The notes under the pieces are model-generated. The model had not been told where the DNA came from and did not search any database. It saw only the letters and a program-made list of their open reading frames with translations. Positions 34,634-39,858 of a DNA stretch of 39,858 bases are shown one piece after another; within the stretch, counting starts at the first letter, position 1, and each line of letters begins with the position of its first letter. The position numbers were made by a program, and so were the translations under genes. This stretch comes from a virus (lineage: Duplodnaviria; Caudoviricetes). Where the stretch lies: positions 1-39,858 of IMG/VR virus record IMGVR_UViG_3300011439_000008; one strand, written 5' to 3'.

Positions 34634-34915
34634 ATGGCAACTATCGGCAATGCATTTGAGATCAACGCGGCGGTAAGTAACAGTCGCACCTCTACGGGAA
34701 CACTGTACACGGCACCCGCAACGGGATTCGCGATAGTGAACTTAGCAACTTTTGGTGGGGGTGCTTCCACATTCACTGTAGATGGTCGGCGGGTTCACGT
34801 TGGAACCGAATCTTACGTTCAAGGCATTTATGTGGGACCCAGTCAGGTGTTAGCCGTCACCATCGGTGGTGGTGAGACGGCCCAAGTAAGCGGCGTCGAA
34901 TTTGTGAACGCCTAA
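34634..34915 (+). CDS. Small virion protein
   Basis: TLYTAPATG motif; preceded by GAGG. Confidence 0.6.
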   Translation: MATIGNAFEINAAVSNSRTSTGTLYTAPATGFAIVNLATFGGGASTFTVDGRRVHVGTESYVQGIYVGPSQVLAVTIGGGETAQVSGVEFVNA

Positions 34916-34939
34916 GAGAGTTACCTAAAGGAGGTAAGT

Positions 34940-35197
34940 ATGGTTGAAGCGGATATTGTTGAAGGGAAAATTGGTACGGTAGGTGACTATGACGTGGAAT
35001 TTAAGAGTGGCAAACTCATCGCGAAAGCGAAAGTGGGCCATTCGATAGAACTCCTTCCCGGCGTAAGTGTTGCGGTCCACGGAGATGTGGGCGTGGAACT
35101 GGGTGCCCGGGCGGTCCTGGAAGCGCTGAAAAAAGCAATTCCTGGCGTCCTGGACGATGCCGCCTTGGAACTTGCGGCGAAAGCGTTGGGGGTTTAA
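34940..35197 (+). CDS. Lysis-region hypothetical protein
   Basis: Preceded by AAGGAGG; amphipathic C-terminus LKKAIPGVLDDAAL. Confidence 0.6.
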   Translation: MVEADIVEGKIGTVGDYDVEFKSGKLIAKAKVGHSIELLPGVSVAVHGDVGVELGARAVLEALKKAIPGVLDDAALELAAKALGV

Positions 35198-35204
35198 GAT
35201 ATCC

Positions 35205-35408
35205 ATGGCATTTCTTAGCTGGCTCGGAAGGACCATCATTGAAATTACCATCTTGAAACTTTTCGAGCTGGCTAAGAACGCTTACACCAACTGGAAGCGC
35301 AAGCGCCAAATCAAAAAGGAAGCGGAAGAAAGCGCCAAAAAGTTGAAAGACGCGCAAACCGCCCAGGAAATCGACGATGCAACAGATGACATGTTGGACG
35401 GTATCTAA
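35205..35408 (+). CDS. Putative inner-membrane spanin-like or holin-like protein
   Basis: Hydrophobic N-terminus then coiled coil; overlaps the lipoprotein gene. Confidence 0.45.
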   Translation: MAFLSWLGRTIIEITILKLFELAKNAYTNWKRKRQIKKEAEESAKKLKDAQTAQEIDDATDDMLDGI

Positions 35409-35697
35409 TCTCTATGTGGCCGCCGCGCTTATCTTTTTTTCGTCTTGCGCGGAACCGGATTTTCCCGACACGGACCTTTGCGTGGTGAACGCCCCCGGGC
35501 AACGCCAGAAATGCTACAACTTGAAAAACGATTACACTAAAGAAGGATATTTAAAATCCGACGCAAAACCAAAATACAAACCCGCCGTCACCGTGGAAGA
35601 TCTCAACAAAAACGTTTGCACCGACGTGCCGGGATTTACCAATCTGAAAGCCTTCATGAAAGATCTTCGGGAAAACTATAGGGTGGTCAAAAAATGA
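35377..35697 (+). CDS. Lipoprotein, putative o-spanin
   Basis: VAAALIFFSSC lipobox plus three further Cys; lies in the lysis cassette. Confidence 0.55.
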   Translation: MQQMTCWTVSNLYVAAALIFFSSCAEPDFPDTDLCVVNAPGQRQKCYNLKNDYTKEGYLKSDAKPKYKPAVTVEDLNKNVCTDVPGFTNLKAFMKDLRENYRVVKK

Positions 35698-36125
35698 AAG
35701 CTGATCCGGATCTACTCAAGCGCTATCTGATTTCTCTTTTGGGGGTGCGCTATACTTACGGGCTCAATCCCGCCGGTGGTGATGACCCGGTGGGTGGGTT
35801 TGATTGCTCCGGTCTTGCGTGTGAATTCTTACGTGCAGCGGGTGCAGTACCGTGGAATTTTCGAATGTCTGCGCAAATGTTGTACCTAAAATATTCTTTC
35901 CAACCCCACGTTGCGGATTTCGGCGATCTCGCTTTTTACGGCAAAGATCGTAACCACATCACTCACGTGGGGATTTGTTGGGATTCAAAATTCATGGTGG
36001 AAGCTGGCGGGGGCGATGCGACGACGCAAACCCCGGAAGAATCAGCTAGGAAAAATGCCTTTGTCCGCATTCGACCCATTTTTTACCGGAAAGATTTTCT
36101 TTGTTTTGCACGGCCGTCTTACTAA
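35694..36125 (+). CDS. NlpC/P60 peptidoglycan peptidase (putative endolysin)
   Basis: LGVRYTYG, GFDCSGL, GDLAFYG, ITHVGI, MVEA. Confidence 0.9.
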   Translation: MKADPDLLKRYLISLLGVRYTYGLNPAGGDDPVGGFDCSGLACEFLRAAGAVPWNFRMSAQMLYLKYSFQPHVADFGDLAFYGKDRNHITHVGICWDSKFMVEAGGGDATTQTPEESARKNAFVRIRPIFYRKDFLCFARPSY

Positions 36126-36135
36126 GGGGGTAGGT

Positions 36136-36363
36136 ATGGCGGGGATTAAAACGGAAACCTGGGTAGCGTGGATTGCAGCGGTATTTGTGGTGTCGGTGGG
36201 CTCGCTTTTTACGGCCATGAATTTCGCGTATAGCACGTTTGAAACGATGAAGCGGGCGGATGATAAATACGCCGCTTTTCAAAAACAGATTGACCGGATC
36301 GAAGACAAAGTAGACATCATCGGCGATTTTCCAAAAGAACAACGCCGACCCGCGAACCGTTAA
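36136..36363 (+). CDS. Single-TM coiled-coil protein, putative holin or lysis accessory
   Basis: WVAWIAAVFVVSVGSLFTAM followed by QIDRIEDKVD; preceded by AAGGGGG. Confidence 0.5.
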   Translation: MAGIKTETWVAWIAAVFVVSVGSLFTAMNFAYSTFETMKRADDKYAAFQKQIDRIEDKVDIIGDFPKEQRRPANR

Positions 36364-37142
36364 AGGCAAGTGGCGTCGGCACCACCTTGGTTATTTCCGA
36401 TCGGCACCATTGGGCTGGACGTGAAGCCCGCGTAGTAACACCGAGCTGCACCACCCAGGTTGTTGCCGATCACGCGGCCCATCTGCGTGCCGCCCGACAC
36501 CGTGCCGTTGGCGTTACTGTCTGTTACGACACCCCCGCTTTGACTAATACCCACGATGCCGCCCGCGCGGGAATTCACTCCGCCCGCAAGCGTAATGGTA
36601 GCCTGGGAAGTTGAAAAAGCCACCGTACCGTAACTCTCACCCACGATGCCGCCGACTTTGCTTGTGCCTTTCACCAAACCGGAAAGGATGTGAACGCTGT
36701 TGATGAGCCCGCCCGCGTTCATGTATCCCGTCACCGCACCCACACCCGAACCACCTTGAACGTTCACGTTAGTGAGCACCAAATTTTCAATGGTGCCGCC
36801 CGCGAGTTGGACGAAGAGCCCTTGGGTGCCGCTGAGGTTGGCGATCGTGTAGCCTTGGCCATCGAATTTACCGACGAAGCCCGGGAGTGAAACCCAGGTA
36901 GCGGCCGAAAGATCCAGGTTCGCCGTGAGTTTGAAGTTATCGACGTTGTACGCGCCCGAGATCCGTTTCAGTTGATCCACGGTGCAAATGAGCCACGGTT
37001 CACTTACCGAACCGGTGCCGCCACCAAAGGGGTTGCCGGTGGTGTCGCAGTTCGCTTGCGCGGCCTGGGTGTTTCCGGTTTTCGGAACCGGGTTGCAACC
37101 GTTAAGAAGAGCTACCATCAAAACCAAAATTACGTACTTCAT
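36360..37142 (-). CDS. Lipoprotein with GLUG-type beta-helix repeats
   Basis: MKYVILVLMVALLNGC lipobox; GGTGSVSEPWLICT, FDGQGYTIANL; repeats VGAVTG, VGGIVG, AGGIVG. Confidence 0.85.
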   Translation of the reverse strand: MKYVILVLMVALLNGCNPVPKTGNTQAAQANCDTTGNPFGGGTGSVSEPWLICTVDQLKRISGAYNVDNFKLTANLDLSAATWVSLPGFVGKFDGQGYTIANLSGTQGLFVQLAGGTIENLVLTNVNVQGGSGVGAVTGYMNAGGLINSVHILSGLVKGTSKVGGIVGESYGTVAFSTSQATITLAGGVNSRAGGIVGISQSGGVVTDSNANGTVSGGTQMGRVIGNNLGGAARCYYAGFTSSPMVPIGNNQGGADATCL

Positions 37143-37148
37143 GCTTTC

Positions 37149-37177
37149 ATTATAAGTGAAAAATCAATCGGGGATAA
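37149..37177 (-). promoter_or_regulatory. Candidate leaderless promoter for the lipoprotein gene
   Basis: TATAAT (37149-37154, minus strand) 6 nt before the ATG; no Shine-Dalgarno; weak -35. Confidence 0.5.
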
Positions 37178-37412
37178 TGTGTCTAATTTGACCCTTCTTA
37201 TCTCGCAGTACGCGCTTTTTGAAGGGGCACCCGTTCACCCGGTACCGGCCCAAGTCACATATGCGGTCTTCGAAGATTCGGCGTATCACTATATTTGCAG
37301 GTTCCGTGCCCTCAACAAATTCATCCCATTCCAGCATTCGGCGCTTTGCTTCGCGAAGTACTTCAAGGTTCAACTCCGCGACGGTTCCGTTCACTTTGAA
37401 TTTAGCTGTCAT
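37164..37412 (-). CDS. Hypothetical protein
   Basis: 82 aa, tiles the operon. Confidence 0.5.
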   Translation of the reverse strand: MTAKFKVNGTVAELNLEVLREAKRRMLEWDEFVEGTEPANIVIRRIFEDRICDLGRYRVNGCPFKKRVLRDKKGQIRHIIPD

Positions 37413-37680
37413 ATTGATTCTTCTTTCTTAGAATCGTGGCGAACTCAACCACCGCGTTTACTTCTTTTTGAGTGAGCTGGAAATTTTTCGGCTTCAATAG
37501 AACCTTTTTGCAACGAACGCAGACCACCGCCCGGCCACTCGGGCGTAAAATAAAATGAACGGGGTCATGCGGTGGGCACTTCTTTTTCTTCAAAGAATCC
37601 CCACTGATCGTGCGCACCCACCACATAGGCGGTCTTCGCGTTTCGCCGCGAGTGACGACACCAACCCGCAATCGGCGCAC
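37402..37680 (-). CDS. Small C/H-motif protein
   Basis: CPPH...CVRCKK; start uncertain. Confidence 0.45.
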   Translation of the reverse strand: MRRLRVGVVTRGETRRPPMWWVRTISGDSLKKKKCPPHDPVHFILRPSGRAVVCVRCKKVLLKPKNFQLTQKEVNAVVEFATILRKKNQYDS

Positions 37681-37856
37681 AAGACCTTGGTGGGGATGAG
37701 CGGTGCTATTTTCTGTTTCACTTCTTTCACCTTGATCCAGCCTTCCACCGGGACCGTACTAATTCGTTGATCCCACTGTGTAAAGTTCATCCCCATCGGT
37801 ATCGCAAACGGTTTAATCCAAAACGTCCGTGCTTTTGGCTTTTGCCTCATCGTCAC
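37590..37856 (-). CDS. Small zinc-finger protein
   Basis: CADCG...LCGGC; GTGA overlap with the polymerase stop. Confidence 0.5.
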   Translation of the reverse strand: MTMRQKPKARTFWIKPFAIPMGMNFTQWDQRISTVPVEGWIKVKEVKQKIAPLIPTKVLCADCGLVSSLAAKREDRLCGGCARSVGIL

Positions 37857-39832
37857 CCTTTCTTGTACCTAAAACCCGTCCACCCCTTCACTTTGATCGG
37901 GATACCTTTGCCCCACGGGGGAAGCTCACCCATGATTCGCTCGAATTCTTCTAGCGAACCTTCGCCGATTTTTTTTTCGTCCAAAATTTCATCGTGTACC
38001 TTGATGAGCGTTTCATAACCTGCATCATCAAGACGAATCGTTGCCTCTTCCATGAAGTCCCGTGCGGTGGCTTGGACGATGTTTTCGGTGAGCTTCCCGC
38101 CATAGGTAGAACCATTGATCCATTTTTTCGAGACTGAATCAACCCCCCAATGCCATAGTTCCGGAACTTTTTCGCCCCACGGAGTGTGCTTCCACCGAAT
38201 GGTGGGACCGAAGTAGGCGAGCCGCCGGCCACTCGGAAGTTCCACATACAGAAACTTCCCTTTGACGAACCACTTGGTGCGATTGATCGTGTACGCTTTG
38301 CCCGGATTCATCACTGCCGCAATTGCGGCACGCTCTAGATTTTTCCAGAGCATCACAACAAAGGTGTGACGTTCGCGGTAAATCTGCACCGCACGTTTCG
38401 CCAGCGCTTCCGTCACGGGCATGCCGTATTGTTTGCAGGTGAGAAGGAATTTTTTCCACCCCATCCCGAAGCCCAAACCCAAGATGGCGCGTTTACCGAC
38501 ATCCCGTTGAGCGGAAGTAACTTCAGACGCTGGGATGCTGTAGATCTCCGCCGCCATTTCCACGTAGGGGTCTACCCCACTCGAAAAGAGCCTAAGACCC
38601 ACTCGGTCGCCCGCTAGCCAAAACACCACGCGGGCTTCGATCGCGTTAAAGTCACCACAAAAGAGCCGGTACCCCGGGGTGGCCTGGATCATCCCACGGA
38701 GCGCACTGGAAAACGCGGCCATGGGGTTTCCGAAGAGGGCACGTACCCAGGCTAGATCTCCCGTTGACAAGGCCTCTATAAGCGATTCTAGATCCCTAAC
38801 GGTGCCTTGGGGGAAGTTGTGCACTTGCAGACCGGTGCCCGCTTCCCGCCCGGTTGACGCGCCGTGGTACATGAGGTTATCGCGGACCCGCGAATCAGAC
38901 CTTGACCTAAGATCAAAAACCGTATATTTGGCCGTCGAAGTTTTAGAAAGAGCTTGACGGATTTCTAATAATCGTCTTGCGGTCCCAGGGATTTTTGTTT
39001 CCAGGATATCGGCGATGGTCTTGGCCTGCATGTTGGCCAAGGGAAGCATTTCAACATCGTTTAAATACTTTTTAACCGCGTCTCGCTGAGATGGTCTTAG
39101 CCCGGTCTTTTCCTGAAACTCGCGAGTCAGGTTCACTGTCTCTTCACTCATCATCCGGAGCACTTTTTTCACCGTGGAACGATCCACATGAATGCCCCGA
39201 AGATTGAGCTTTTGATTAATTTGCCAAATCCGCCGTTCTTTTTCACTTAGCTCCGGAAGAGTGAGAAACAACTCCACCTCGGCGTCCACGTCGCGCTCGC
39301 AGTAAAGAGTCAGCCGGCGCAACCCTTCCGGGTCGTTGTTCCACACATCCGGATTTTTCTTGGTGGGCTTTTGCGGCTTGCAGTGCCGCCGGATGAGCAA
39401 GTCACCCTCTTTATCCTTTTGGTGTTTAAGCTCTAGAACGTGGCACGCTTTTTCCAACGCGCGTGGGAGTGCATGAGTGGCGGCCTGGGCGGCGGTGCAA
39501 AACCATTTCTCAAGCGGGACTTTTTCACGCAAAACGTGCTGGGTAATAACTTGTTCAAAGTAGGCATTGTGTGCGCCGATTCGATCCGCTTCACCACGTA
39601 GATATTGCAACAGTTCTTTTTTGCTACCGTGTCCGATACGGGGGCACCAACTTTTTGTTTTAGATTTTTCGATTTGTTTCTTGGTGCCGATACGCCAGGC
39701 GGCACAAAGAATCTCAGTAGAAGGGTGAACCGCGTATTCCCAAGCACCTACACCGATCTTTTTAGACTGGGTGCGGAGTTGCGCTTCCGAACGGGTTTCA
39801 TAATCCAAGATGAAATAGAGTGGATCTCTCAT
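37853..39832 (-). CDS. Family A DNA polymerase (APSE-like) with a 3'-5' exonuclease domain
   Basis: Exonuclease motifs LDYETRS, AHNAYFE, YCERDV; motif A DFNAIEAR, motif B RDVGKRAILGLGFG, motif C VHDE. Confidence 0.96.
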   Translation of the reverse strand: MRDPLYFILDYETRSEAQLRTQSKKIGVGAWEYAVHPSTEILCAAWRIGTKKQIEKSKTKSWCPRIGHGSKKELLQYLRGEADRIGAHNAYFEQVITQHVLREKVPLEKWFCTAAQAATHALPRALEKACHVLELKHQKDKEGDLLIRRHCKPQKPTKKNPDVWNNDPEGLRRLTLYCERDVDAEVELFLTLPELSEKERRIWQINQKLNLRGIHVDRSTVKKVLRMMSEETVNLTREFQEKTGLRPSQRDAVKKYLNDVEMLPLANMQAKTIADILETKIPGTARRLLEIRQALSKTSTAKYTVFDLRSRSDSRVRDNLMYHGASTGREAGTGLQVHNFPQGTVRDLESLIEALSTGDLAWVRALFGNPMAAFSSALRGMIQATPGYRLFCGDFNAIEARVVFWLAGDRVGLRLFSSGVDPYVEMAAEIYSIPASEVTSAQRDVGKRAILGLGFGMGWKKFLLTCKQYGMPVTEALAKRAVQIYRERHTFVVMLWKNLERAAIAAVMNPGKAYTINRTKWFVKGKFLYVELPSGRRLAYFGPTIRWKHTPWGEKVPELWHWGVDSVSKKWINGSTYGGKLTENIVQATARDFMEEATIRLDDAGYETLIKVHDEILDEKKIGEGSLEEFERIMGELPPWGKGIPIKVKGWTGFRYKKG

Positions 39833-39858
39833 TGGATCTCGTGGGGTTGCACCCACTG
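39736..39858 (+). repeat. Terminal direct repeat, right copy
   Basis: Identical to 1-123. Confidence 0.97.

Larger units (their letters stand above)
1..39858. mobile_element. Complete tailed dsDNA phage genome (siphovirus-like), about 39.7 kb circular map
   Basis: Replication, packaging, head, tail and lysis modules are all present. The ends share an identical 123 bp. No host housekeeping genes and no tail sheath gene are visible. Confidence 0.95.

Noticed and set aside
1-39858. Alternative genetic code, introns, inteins, DGR or tRNAs
   Set aside because: Core genes are full length in the standard code and tile tightly. I saw no reverse transcriptase, intein motif or cloverleaf.

Overview
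The window is a complete, circularly assembled tailed-phage genome of about 39,735 bp; bases 1-123 repeat exactly at 39736-39858, inside the polymerase gene. It has two arms that diverge at about 10250-10330 and converge at about 36360. The minus arm holds many small early genes, a stand-alone CheY-like receiver protein, an APSE-like replication module (family A polymerase, DUF2815-type SSB, DUF2800-type Cas4-like nuclease, SNF2-type helicase) and a GLUG-type lipoprotein. The plus arm holds a Cro-like HTH protein, a primase/VirE helicase followed by an iteron-bearing origin candidate, an HNH protein, TerS, an O-antigen-ligase-like membrane protein, TerL, portal, scaffold, capsid, a siphovirus-type tail with a -1 frameshift chaperone, and a lysis cassette with an NlpC/P60 peptidase. 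I see no integrase, CI-type repressor, partition system or tRNA. The strongest leads are: (i) an uncalled 30-aa acidic micropeptide with two tandem beta-clamp-binding motifs (QLDLF, QLELF) in the replication operon; (ii) a WaaL/Wzy_C-family enzyme and a small membrane peptide between terS and terL, together with a capsid-decoration-like protein that has a Sec-type signal peptide, which could form a surface or virion glycosylation system; (iii) three pairs of internally duplicated virion domains. All family calls come from motif recognition by eye, not database searches.
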